In this document: positions 19,891-28,436 of the stretch, one piece after another | Numbering within the stretch: position 1 is the stretch's first letter | Layout: every line of letters begins with the position of its first letter | Source of the DNA: Candidatus Bipolaricaulia bacterium | GTDB taxonomy: Bacteria > Bipolaricaulota > Bipolaricaulia > JBHIAT01 | Direction: 5' to 3' | NCBI GenBank assembly: GCA_046758705.1 | Contig: JBHIAT010000002.1 | Span: forward strand, 639-64,638 | DNA length: 64,000 nucleotides | Notes under the pieces: generated by a model | What the model was told of the DNA's origin: nothing | The model's input: the letters and a program-made list of their open reading frames with translations, nothing else | The model's database searches: none | Translations under genes and position numbers: made by a program

Positions 19891-20814
19891 TCAAGTCGAA
19901 TCGATATGGTCATGGATGAGAACCCGCTTAGGGATTCGGATTCCGATCTGGGTGCCTGGGAAGTCATCGACGAGCAGCACCTCGGTGTAACCACCGCTCA
20001 CCGCCAGCAGGCCTTCCCCAGATCGGACCGTCATCACCCCACCGTAGCGACCAATCAACGCGGCGATCCGCTTCAGCTCCCCTCCGCGTCCAGGATCCTG
20101 GGCACCGAACCGTGAGACGCCCTCCTCGACCACCGCGTGGAGCGCATGAAGGTCGGAGAGTTGTTTGCCTTGATAGAGGGGGTTCAGGCTCAGGCTGGTC
20201 GCGATCCCGGCCCCGATGTCCCCGATCGCCAGATACAGGTATCCTTGATAATCCTGGATGGCCGCGATCCCGCGTGGATCGATCGGCTCATCGAACGGGT
20301 TGGCGTGCTGGGGGATGTTCTGGAACGTCTCGAGCATGATCCTGGACAGTCGGTTGACCACCCCCTCCTTGAACGGATACCGGGTAGTGAGGATCTGAGC
20401 CAGCCGGGTGACGATCGAGATGATCTCATGCTCGTTCTGGATTCGAGTCACCTCCTTCAGTGTCGCTGCCGGGTTGCGGGTGCGGTGCTGGAGATAACCC
20501 ACATCCTGGTCGAAGCGACACGCCCCCGCCACCTCCCGGAAGAAGTCCATCCGCTCCAGCCAGCTCAACACATCCCGGCTCTCAGGGAGTTCGACCTCGA
20601 CCGGCACTCCGATCGCGTTCAGATGCTGGATGAACAGGATGAGCATCATCATCCCGTAGGGATCGATGAACAACACATGCTTCAAGCGATAGCAGATCGG
20701 ACGATCCAGCTCCGGTTCAGCAGGCGGAACGAGCTCCGTGATCGTCTCGATGTTGAGCTCAGAGATCGCGAGCCCGAGTTCTAACGACTCAGATTTCTCA
20801 AAACTGGATCGCAT
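19891..20814 (-). CDS. N-terminal STAS-like domain fused to a GHKL/histidine-kinase-like ATPase (RsbW/anti-sigma-kinase-like)
   Basis: N-terminal 'HVLFIDPYGMMMLILFIQHLNAIGVPVEVELPESRDVLSWLERMDFF' is STAS-like. The C-terminus carries a G1 box 'LAIGDIGAGIATSL' and a G2-like 'GRGGELKRI'. Confidence 0.55.
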   Translation of the reverse strand: MRSSFEKSESLELGLAISELNIETITELVPPAEPELDRPICYRLKHVLFIDPYGMMMLILFIQHLNAIGVPVEVELPESRDVLSWLERMDFFREVAGACRFDQDVGYLQHRTRNPAATLKEVTRIQNEHEIISIVTRLAQILTTRYPFKEGVVNRLSRIMLETFQNIPQHANPFDEPIDPRGIAAIQDYQGYLYLAIGDIGAGIATSLSLNPLYQGKQLSDLHALHAVVEEGVSRFGAQDPGRGGELKRIAALIGRYGGVMTVRSGEGLLAVSGGYTEVLLVDDFPGTQIGIRIPKRVLIHDHIDST

Positions 20815-20926
20815 GACACCTTATATCATAACATGGCTGCCGTGGAGATGGAACAGTTGAAACCCGGCCCTGGAATCTGTAGCCTATAATTCAGCATTAG
20901 TATTTCAGTAAGGGAGGTCATCCGAT

Positions 20927-22237
20927 TTGGGACGGGCGAAACCGATCTACATTGAGATGCTGTCAGAGTGGGTTGGCGAGGAGGTTGAGATCCACGGTTG
21001 GCTGTACAACAAGCGCTCCAGCGGTGGGATCCAATTCCTGCAGATCCGCGACGGGACCGGGCTCGTCCAGGGTGTGGTTGTCAAGGATGAGGTCCCTGAA
21101 GCGGCTTTTGCGGCGGCCGAGCGGCTCACTCAGGAATCCTCGATCCGGGTTAGAGGGATCGTCCGGGAGGACCGGCGGGCACCGACGGGGTATGAACTCC
21201 AGCTGACCGATGTTGAGATCGCCCAGCTCGTCGAGGCAGAGTATCCCATCGGCCTTAAGGAGCACGGGTCCGGCTTCCTGATGGACCATCGCCACCTGTG
21301 GATCCGGTCTCCCAAGCAAGCAGCCATTCTCAGGATCCGCCACACGGTGATGGAGGCGATCCGGACGTTCTTCAACGAACAGGGGTTCATCGCCACCGAG
21401 GCCCCGATTCTCACCCCGACCTCGGTCGAGGGGACGACAACGCTCTTTGAGACGGATTACTTCGACGACAAGGCCTACCTGACGCAAAGCGGCCAGCTCT
21501 ACCTGGAGGCAACGATCATGGCGCTCGGTCGGGTCTACTGGATCGGCCCGGTGTTCCGGGCAGAGAAGTCGAAGACGCGCAAGCACCTCACCGAGTTCTG
21601 GATGGCCGAGGCTGAGGTCGCCTACTGTGATCACGAGGAGAACCTCAAGCTCCAGGAGGCACTCGTCCGCTACATCGTGGAGAATACGCTGGAACGTCGA
21701 AGGGTGGAGTTGGACCTCCTCGACCGGGATGTAGAAGGGTTGCGGGCGGAGATCGGCGAACCGTTCGCCCGGATCGACTACGATGAGGCGATCGAGATCC
21801 TGCAGCGGGAGGGTTCCGAGATCCAATGGGGCGAGGACTTTGGCGCCCCTGAGGAGGAGATTCTCGGACGTTGCTTCTCTAACCGGCCGGTCTTCATCGA
21901 GCGGTTCCCGACGGAGTTGAAGCCGTTCTACATGGCGCTCTGCCCTGATGACGAGCGGTTCGTCCTGGCCGCCGACCTGATCGCTCCAGAGGGCTACGGA
22001 GAGCTCATCGGGGGGAGCCAGCGGCTCGATGATCTGGAGCGGCTCGAACGGAGGCTGGAGAAGTCCAACCTGCCACGCGCGCCCTACGAGTGGTACCTCG
22101 ACCTGCGGCGCTACGGATCGGTCCCCCACGCCGGCTTCGGACTCGGGGTGGAGCGGACGATCGCCTGGATCTGCGGCGTGAGGCATCTACGCGAGACGAT
22201 CCCGTTCCCCAGGCAGATCCACCGAATTTATCCTTGA
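20927..22237 (+). CDS. asnS: Asparagine--tRNA ligase (class IIb)
   Basis: Motif 2 'FRAEKSKTRKHLTEFWMAEAEVAY', motif 3 'GFGLGVERTIAWICG', and C-terminal 'IPFPRQ', 436 aa. Confidence 0.85.
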   Translation: MGRAKPIYIEMLSEWVGEEVEIHGWLYNKRSSGGIQFLQIRDGTGLVQGVVVKDEVPEAAFAAAERLTQESSIRVRGIVREDRRAPTGYELQLTDVEIAQLVEAEYPIGLKEHGSGFLMDHRHLWIRSPKQAAILRIRHTVMEAIRTFFNEQGFIATEAPILTPTSVEGTTTLFETDYFDDKAYLTQSGQLYLEATIMALGRVYWIGPVFRAEKSKTRKHLTEFWMAEAEVAYCDHEENLKLQEALVRYIVENTLERRRVELDLLDRDVEGLRAEIGEPFARIDYDEAIEILQREGSEIQWGEDFGAPEEEILGRCFSNRPVFIERFPTELKPFYMALCPDDERFVLAADLIAPEGYGELIGGSQRLDDLERLERRLEKSNLPRAPYEWYLDLRRYGSVPHAGFGLGVERTIAWICGVRHLRETIPFPRQIHRIYP

Positions 22238-22283
22238 TATAAGTCAAGCCGCTGCAAACTACGTTGCTGACATTTGGCTGCGA

Positions 22284-22475
22284 TCAGGTGGCGGCAGTCG
22301 CGTGCCCCTCCTCCCTCTCCCTCTCCTCTTCATCTTCATTAAACACACCTGCCAGTGCCGCTCCACTAAGTAGTAAAGCGATAGCTATATAAGCTGCAAC
22401 GAGAGCCTTAGCTGCAACACTGCTGACCACCAATAGCAGGATGATAAGGGTTTTAGTCGGTTTTTTGGAAATCAT
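22284..22475 (-). CDS. Small hydrophobic protein with an acidic tail (hypothetical)
   Basis: Single TM 'LIILLLVVSSVAAKALVAAYIAIALLL' followed by 'DEEEREREEG'. The ORF itself is the only evidence. Confidence 0.25.
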   Translation of the reverse strand: MISKKPTKTLIILLLVVSSVAAKALVAAYIAIALLLSGAALAGVFNEDEEEREREEGHATAAT

Positions 22476-22679
22476 CTTCCCCTCTTCCTTTCTCCCCTCG
22501 TTGGTTCTGGGGCATAGTTATCAATCGTCGCTCAATTTAAAGTGATATCACCTTCCTTTACGCTTAACTCTTGTTTTTATTATAGTAATCCCCCCGGTAG
22601 GCTGTCAAAAATCCCCCTTTTTGGAAATTATGGGAGCTAAAAATACCCTTGAAGCCAGTTCCTATCCGCAAAACCACAA

Positions 22680-22742
22680 GCTCAGCGGGAGAGCGCCTGC
22701 TTGACGTGTAGGAGGTCGTAGGTTCAAATCTTGCACCATCCG
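22680..22742 (+). pseudogene. 5'-truncated tRNA-Val(GAC) fragment covering positions ~10-73
   Basis: D-arm GCTC-AGCGGGA-GAGC, anticodon stem CCTGC/GTAGG with loop TTGACGT (anticodon GAC), variable loop AGGTC, T-arm GTAGG-TTCAAAT-CTTGC and 3' acceptor strand ACCATCC plus discriminator G. No complementary 5' acceptor strand exists upstream (aaaccac). Confidence 0.5.
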
Positions 22743-22851
22743 TGCTCTTACGAAAAGACGGGCTTGAATGTCCCGCCCTTGCAGGATATCATGACCAGGA
22801 TTGGTTTGATTATCTGAACAGAAGTTTCCATATATTTAAGTATGAGCCAAC

Positions 22852-23739
22852 ATGCTGATGGAGGAGACAGAGATGCTCAAGGAACAGTCTTTCAATACAG
22901 GAGTCGTAGCGATCAATTATGCAGAAGGGCCACCATCCGGGCCTCCGCTCATCTTGCTTCACGGATTTACCGCGCGCTGGCAGGGCCTCCTGCCAATCAT
23001 CCCAGCCCTGTCAATGAGATGGCATATCTATGCGTTGGACTTTCGTGGACACGGCAAGTCAGACAGGGCTCCGGGGCAATACCGCCCTCAAGACTATAGT
23101 GCGGACTTCATGGCGTTTCTGCAGCACCAAGTCACTGAACCAGCCGCCCTCTTCGGTCACTCAGCGGGCGGGACGGCGGCTCTCTGGTTAGCTGCGCAAC
23201 TCCCCAACAAGGTGCAGGCACTTGTCGTCGCCGATGCTCCTATCTCCATCGAACGCCTCGTGGAGGCGGATACCAGTTACTGGGCCGCCTTGCGAGACCT
23301 TATCAGGTCAGGACGTTCGGTGGCAGAACTGGCCTCTGCGCTGGCGGATGTACTGGTATCGGTGCCAGGGCAAGATACGTGGATACGGTATGGCGATCTC
23401 CCCGGTGTGGATGCCGTTCGTCTTCGGGCTTGGGCAAAGACCTTGAGCCAAGTTGACCCTCAAGTACTCGAGTTTCGCGCCGAGGGCCGTACCCAGAAAT
23501 TTCTCAGGAACTTCAATATAGATACGGTGCTTCAGCGGATTTCCTGTCCGGTGCTCCTGTTACAGGGGAACCCTTCGCTCGGGGGGATCATGACAGATCA
23601 TGAGGTGGAACATGCGTTGTCGGTGCTTCCCGATGCCTCGCATGTTCTGATCGAGCATGCAGGTCACGATCTCGGGTTGAGTACGTGGGAGGTGGCTCCG
23701 CTTCTTCGAGCGGTGACAAACTTCCTGGAGTCACTCTGA
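22852..23739 (+). CDS. Alpha/beta-fold hydrolase
   Basis: 'LILLHGF', nucleophile elbow 'GHSAGG', and C-terminal His region 'EHAGHDL'. Confidence 0.8.
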   Translation: MLMEETEMLKEQSFNTGVVAINYAEGPPSGPPLILLHGFTARWQGLLPIIPALSMRWHIYALDFRGHGKSDRAPGQYRPQDYSADFMAFLQHQVTEPAALFGHSAGGTAALWLAAQLPNKVQALVVADAPISIERLVEADTSYWAALRDLIRSGRSVAELASALADVLVSVPGQDTWIRYGDLPGVDAVRLRAWAKTLSQVDPQVLEFRAEGRTQKFLRNFNIDTVLQRISCPVLLLQGNPSLGGIMTDHEVEHALSVLPDASHVLIEHAGHDLGLSTWEVAPLLRAVTNFLESL

Positions 23740-23793
23740 GCGGTAGAGAATCACCTTGAAAACGAGATTGTCGGCAAACGTCCGGGAGAAACT

Positions 23794-24285
23794 ATGCTTC
23801 GAACACCCAGGAAGGGTAACACGATGCAAGGGGTCTATGTGCTCGTTGTTGAAGCACATGGTGAGATAGAAGTTGGGCAGCTGAGACGACAGCGCTTCAA
23901 TGGGACATATCTCTACGTGGGCTCAGCTCTGGGACCTGCAGGCTTCAAAAGAATCGCACGTCACCAAGCAGTTGCCGATGGTCGCAACCGAATACGGCGA
24001 TGGCATATTGATTATCTGCTAGTGCCAGGCAGGTTGCACAAGGCGTTCTTGATAGAAACCTATCAAGACTTAGAGTGCAAACTGGCTGGTGAGTTGGCAA
24101 AAAGAGTTGAACCTGTGATCAAAGGCTTCGGCACGAGTGACTGCCGCTGCAAGACCCACTTGTTTCAACTGCCGGACAAAGATGAAGCAGTGATCGTAGT
24201 AGCTTGCAGAACGTTAGAGTCAGATGCCGTAGGGGTTTATGAGGTGGCGAATAGGTGCGAACTGGATTTGCTGGTCAACCGGTGA
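23794..24285 (+). CDS. DUF123 / GIY-YIG-superfamily nuclease-like protein
   Basis: 'GVYVLVV' ... 'YLYVGSA' ... 'RHQAVADGRNRIRRWHIDYLL', which is the GIY...YIG plus HWHIDYL signature of the DUF123 family. The start is likely Met 23824. Confidence 0.5.
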   Translation: MLRTPRKGNTMQGVYVLVVEAHGEIEVGQLRRQRFNGTYLYVGSALGPAGFKRIARHQAVADGRNRIRRWHIDYLLVPGRLHKAFLIETYQDLECKLAGELAKRVEPVIKGFGTSDCRCKTHLFQLPDKDEAVIVVACRTLESDAVGVYEVANRCELDLLVNR

Positions 24286-24396
24286 TTCCACCGCCCTACC
24301 CATCGAATCAAAAGTCTGTCGTTGCCCTTCGTCACCTGTAACTGTCAGTTGCCCGATTGACAAATAACTGCTAAATATTATATATGCTTAAATGGG

Positions 24397-24894
24397 GTGA
24401 CTGGATTGACGATGAAAAGAGGAGTTATACTGATCGTTAGTTTGGTCGTATTCGCTCTGTCCTTTGCCCTTACACAACACGTCAATGCCCAAGAAGAGAT
24501 AACCGGAGATGAAAGGTTGTTTGGTCTAGGTGTCGACCCGTTTGGCGAGAATATCGTTTTAAGGGCGTGGTTCGACAGGTGGGGTGTTGGAGGAAGATTC
24601 GACTATCTTTTGAGTAGTGGCTTTTTTAGTTTGGATGGCAATATTAGCGGATACTATCGCCTGAGAACAACGGATGGATCCGCTTTCTATATGGGTGGGG
24701 GAATCAATCTTTCCGTCACAGCATTTACATCCGATCTGTCGTTAGAGATTGTTCCATATGGGGTGGAGATCTTGCTCGCTCCAGCTTTGGCTTTGGTCTT
24801 AGAAGGAGGTTTGGATTTAGGTTTTCCCTTCATCGGGTTCATCCCCGATTCTCTTGCCTTCACGACATTGTTGGCTTTCTTATATTATTTCTGA
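24397..24894 (+). CDS. Secreted or outer-membrane-like hypothetical protein (signal peptide, Gly/aromatic-rich, C-terminal '...LAFLYYF')
   Basis: Signal peptide 'MKRGVILIVSLVVFALSFALTQHVNA'. GC ~47%. The C-terminal Phe is a beta-barrel-like signature. Confidence 0.45.
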   Translation: MTGLTMKRGVILIVSLVVFALSFALTQHVNAQEEITGDERLFGLGVDPFGENIVLRAWFDRWGVGGRFDYLLSSGFFSLDGNISGYYRLRTTDGSAFYMGGGINLSVTAFTSDLSLEIVPYGVEILLAPALALVLEGGLDLGFPFIGFIPDSLAFTTLLAFLYYF

Positions 24895-24958
24895 AGGTTG
24901 CCCAAATTTTAATTTTGGTTAGAGTTCTCTATCAGTTAAGTATAAGTATAAGTAGTGG

Positions 24959-26128
24959 TTAAGATTCGATGCTTCCCGCGAATCCGTTTAGCTCTTTTTC
25001 ATCCAGTTCTATCCCTAATCCCGGAGCATCCGGTAAAATTGCATATCCAGCTTTGATTTCTACGCCTCCTGGGAACGGATCCGGGTCAAACCTTTCGATA
25101 AATGAGATGTGCCCTTCTGCATCTACAGGGTAAGGGTCCTTGATGGTCGCCGCTAAATGACAAAGGGCGGTATCGCCTATCTTGGTAAACGGGTTTGTGT
25201 CCACGCTGATTCCAATGGCTGAAGCTTCTGCAATATCGATGATTTTGCGGGCAGGCCAGAAGCCACCAACCCGGTTCAATTTCATGACGATCCTGTCTGC
25301 GGCCTCTGATTTCACGATCTCGATCATGATTTCCGGTGATAGCACAGATTCGTCGAGGATGACGGGGCAATCAATCGATTTTCTCACATAGCTATGACCC
25401 GAAAGGTTAAAGTATTGGAGTGGTTGTTCTATCGAAAGGTTGGTAAATCCATTCAGTCTCTTTTGCACAGTGTTGACCGTTAATTTAGGGCTTTTCCAAG
25501 CCTGATTTGCGTCAGCATCCACATAGATCTCATTAGGTACAACCTCTAGAGCTGCGAGCAATTTGTCGATTTCTTCGTTGAAATTCCGTGGGCTCCAACC
25601 TTTATTTAACAATATATCTCCTACCTTGACTTTAAGTCCACGAAACCCCTTGTCCACATACTTTTTACAGGCCTCAGCCATGGATTGAGGACTTTTGTGA
25701 TAAAGGTTGGTTAGCAACTCTAATTTTGTACGGTAAGCGCCTCCGAGAACCTCGTAAACCGGTCTTTGTTGTACCTTACCAATGATGTCGAAAACGGCCA
25801 TATCGATTGCTGAGAAGGCCGCTCTACTTGTCGGGGCTCCTCCCGAAGCTGTACGGTCCATAATTCCATGTATTCTACTCATATTCGTTGGATCCTCACC
25901 GATTAACCTTTGCTCGAACAACTCAATGAGCTTGAGCATGTGCTCTTGCGTCTCCCCAAGATACCATACCTGACTGGTGGCTTCACCGACTCCGGAGATT
26001 CCTTTGTCAGTGTTTATTCTGATAATGACCGAAGGAGTTTGAGAGGGCCATACGAACTCATCTTCAGTCCACCCTTGCTTTTTAGCGGGTAACATCAGTG
26101 GAAACTTATCTATGTTGCTTATCTTCAT
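24959..26128 (-). CDS. Enolase-superfamily enzyme of the mandelate racemase/muconate lactonizing (MR/MLE) family, dipeptide-epimerase-like
   Basis: MR/MLE pattern 'KVKVG', 'IEQP', 'DES' metal ligands. Start ATG at 26128 with AGGAGG 9 nt upstream. ATGA overlap with the stop of the upstream M20 gene. GC is markedly lower (~45%) than its neighbours. Confidence 0.8.
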   Translation of the reverse strand: MKISNIDKFPLMLPAKKQGWTEDEFVWPSQTPSVIIRINTDKGISGVGEATSQVWYLGETQEHMLKLIELFEQRLIGEDPTNMSRIHGIMDRTASGGAPTSRAAFSAIDMAVFDIIGKVQQRPVYEVLGGAYRTKLELLTNLYHKSPQSMAEACKKYVDKGFRGLKVKVGDILLNKGWSPRNFNEEIDKLLAALEVVPNEIYVDADANQAWKSPKLTVNTVQKRLNGFTNLSIEQPLQYFNLSGHSYVRKSIDCPVILDESVLSPEIMIEIVKSEAADRIVMKLNRVGGFWPARKIIDIAEASAIGISVDTNPFTKIGDTALCHLAATIKDPYPVDAEGHISFIERFDPDPFPGGVEIKAGYAILPDAPGLGIELDEKELNGFAGSIES

Positions 26129-27192
26129 TTGGATTGACCTCCTGCGCCCAATGAATCGAAAATTTTGTCCATCGCTCTCGTCAGAACGGCGACTGCACGC
26201 TCGCACTCCTCAAGCTCTAAATGCTCTTCCGGGGTGTGATCGAGCCGGGAGTCGCCGGGGCCGTAGGCGACGATCGGAACGTTCCAGGCATGCCCCAGCA
26301 GATTCATGTCCGAGGTGCCAGTCTTCACCTTGAATCGGGGCCGGCCACCCTCGGCCCGGATCGCCCCTAAGAACGAACGGACCAGTCGATTGTCCTTCCC
26401 CACCTTGATCGCCGGGATCGCCTCGCTCGCCTCAACCTGCGCCACCTCTCGGTTCTCCTCGATCCACCCTTCCAACTCGGCAATTTCGAATCCGGGCGGC
26501 GTCCGAATCCCCACAAACATCTCAACCGACTCCTCGAACGGACCGGGTGCGGTGTTGATCGAGATCAGCGTTACATTGACAGCATCGAAGCGCGGTGTTT
26601 CAGTCGGATACCTCTCGACCAGCTGTTCATAGCATCGGACCGCTTCCTCAGCCGCCGTTCGTCCCTCATACCCCCGGTGTGCCAGCGGTTTTTTCAGCCG
26701 GTAGCGGAGCCAGAACGACCCTTTGTAACCGAGCGTCACCGCGTCCCAGCCGCTCGGCTCGCCGATGACGATCCAGTCAGGACGATAGCGGTCGATCAGG
26801 TGTTGTGCACCTTTCGATTCCCCCTCTTCGTCAACGCAGCCGATGATCCGCACGGTCAGCTCTGGAGGAGGCTTCACCCTTGAAGCAGCCTCGATGAATG
26901 CCGCCAAACTCCCCTTGGCGTCAACCGAACCCCGGCCGTAGATGGTCCCGGCCCGAACCTTCACCGGGATCTCGCCGGAGACGGTGTCCATATGGCCAAC
27001 GAGCAGAACCTCTCGCTCTCCGGTCCCCTTAGAGCCGATCACATTGCCGACTCGGTCGATCCGGGCGTCGAAGCCCCGACCGGTGAGCTCCTTTCTCAGA
27101 AACTTGGCCAGTGGCCCCTCCTCTCCGGTGGGGCTGTAAATTTGGAGCATTTTTTCCAACAGCTTCAGGTTCACCGCTCCAGAACCTCCCAT
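26125..27192 (-). CDS. M20-family metallohydrolase (LysK/ArgE-like deacylase)
   Basis: 'HMDTV', 'GSVDAKG' and 'GPGDS..HTPEE' M20 motifs. A possible internal start lies at 27150. Confidence 0.8.
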   Translation of the reverse strand: MGGSGAVNLKLLEKMLQIYSPTGEEGPLAKFLRKELTGRGFDARIDRVGNVIGSKGTGEREVLLVGHMDTVSGEIPVKVRAGTIYGRGSVDAKGSLAAFIEAASRVKPPPELTVRIIGCVDEEGESKGAQHLIDRYRPDWIVIGEPSGWDAVTLGYKGSFWLRYRLKKPLAHRGYEGRTAAEEAVRCYEQLVERYPTETPRFDAVNVTLISINTAPGPFEESVEMFVGIRTPPGFEIAELEGWIEENREVAQVEASEAIPAIKVGKDNRLVRSFLGAIRAEGGRPRFKVKTGTSDMNLLGHAWNVPIVAYGPGDSRLDHTPEEHLELEECERAVAVLTRAMDKIFDSLGAGGQSK

Positions 27193-28436
27193 AGCGTCTC
27201 GACCACCCGATCGATCTCGTCCTTGGTGATGATCAGGGGCGGCAGGAATCGGATGACGGTGTTCCCCGCTATCAGGGCGAGGACACCGCGCTCCCGCAAC
27301 GCCGTCAGATACTTTCCGACTTTTTCTCGAAGCTGCAGGCCGAGCATCAGTCCAAGGCCCCGGGCCTCGCGCACGTGGTCCAGACGCTCGAATCGTTTCA
27401 GTTGCTCCAGGAAGTAGCGACCGTGCTCCGCTGCCTTTTCGACCAGATGATGTTCCTCGATGTACTGGATCGTGGCCAGCGCGGCGCGGCAGGCGAGCGG
27501 GTTGCCACCGAAGGTGCTGCCATGCAGGCCGGGTTCAAGTTCGATCCCATCACGCATGATCGCAGCGCCGATCGGGACACCGCCGCCCATCGCTTTGGCG
27601 ACGGTGAGGATGTCGGGTGTGATCCCGACGTGCTCGATGGCGAACATCCGACCGGTCCGGCCGAATCCCGTCTGGATCTCATCGATGACCAGCAGCGCTT
27701 GGTGACGGTCACAGATCTCCCGCGCCCCCTTTAGGTAGCCTTCCGGGGCCAGATAGACCCCGCCCTCTCCCTGGACAGCCTCCAAGATGACGGCCGCTGC
27801 CCCATCTCCATCTCGGACCGCGTCCTCGAGTCGATCCAGGTCTCCGTAGGGAACATGATGAAATCCGGGAACCAGCGGCTCAAACGGCTTTCGATATTTG
27901 CGCTTCCAGGTGGCGCTGAGCGCTCCCAAGGTCCGGCCGTGGAACGCCCGCATCGTCGCGATGATGTTGGATCGTCTGGTGGTGCCTCGGGCGAACTTGA
28001 TCGCTGCCTCGATCGCTTCGGTTCCGGAGTTGGTTAGAAAACTTCTCTGCAGCGGATCCGGAGTGATCTCGGCCAGCTTCTCCAGGAGCTGGGCGCGAAC
28101 GTCATTGTAGAAATAGCCTTCGGCCACCGTGATCAATCGGTTCACCTGATCGGAGATCGCTCGGGCGACCGCCGGGTTGGCATGGCCGACCCCGGCCACT
28201 CCGACCCCGGCGGTACAATCGATGTATTCGTTCCTATCCGCATCCCAAACACGCACTCCTTCGCCACGGACGAGCGCCACCGGCGTTTTCTTGTAAACAC
28301 CGCTGGTATACTTCGCATCACGGTCAATAATTTCGGTCGTCGTCATCGTATCCAAGCTCATGTGAATGAACCCCCTAGTCTTAAGTCTGTTTACCTCCCG
28401 CCACCAGATAGATTCCACTGATGATGAGCAGGCCAC
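27171..28436 (-). CDS. Class-III aminotransferase (acetylornithine / LysW-gamma-L-lysine aminotransferase, ArgD/LysJ)
   Basis: PLP-lysine region 'DEIQTGFGRTGRMFA' ... 'LTVAKAMGGG'. The true start is probably the internal Met near 28346-28361. Confidence 0.9.
   Translation of the reverse strand: MACSSSVESIWWREVNRLKTRGFIHMSLDTMTTTEIIDRDAKYTSGVYKKTPVALVRGEGVRVWDADRNEYIDCTAGVGVAGVGHANPAVARAISDQVNRLITVAEGYFYNDVRAQLLEKLAEITPDPLQRSFLTNSGTEAIEAAIKFARGTTRRSNIIATMRAFHGRTLGALSATWKRKYRKPFEPLVPGFHHVPYGDLDRLEDAVRDGDGAAAVILEAVQGEGGVYLAPEGYLKGAREICDRHQALLVIDEIQTGFGRTGRMFAIEHVGITPDILTVAKAMGGGVPIGAAIMRDGIELEPGLHGSTFGGNPLACRAALATIQYIEEHHLVEKAAEHGRYFLEQLKRFERLDHVREARGLGLMLGLQLREKVGKYLTALRERGVLALIAGNTVIRFLPPLIITKDEIDRVVETLWEVLER

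Noticed and set aside
20963-22186. 407-aa minus-strand ORF inside asnS
   Set aside because: Antisense shadow ORF of a confidently identified aminoacyl-tRNA synthetase gene; low-complexity, Arg/Pro/Leu-rich.
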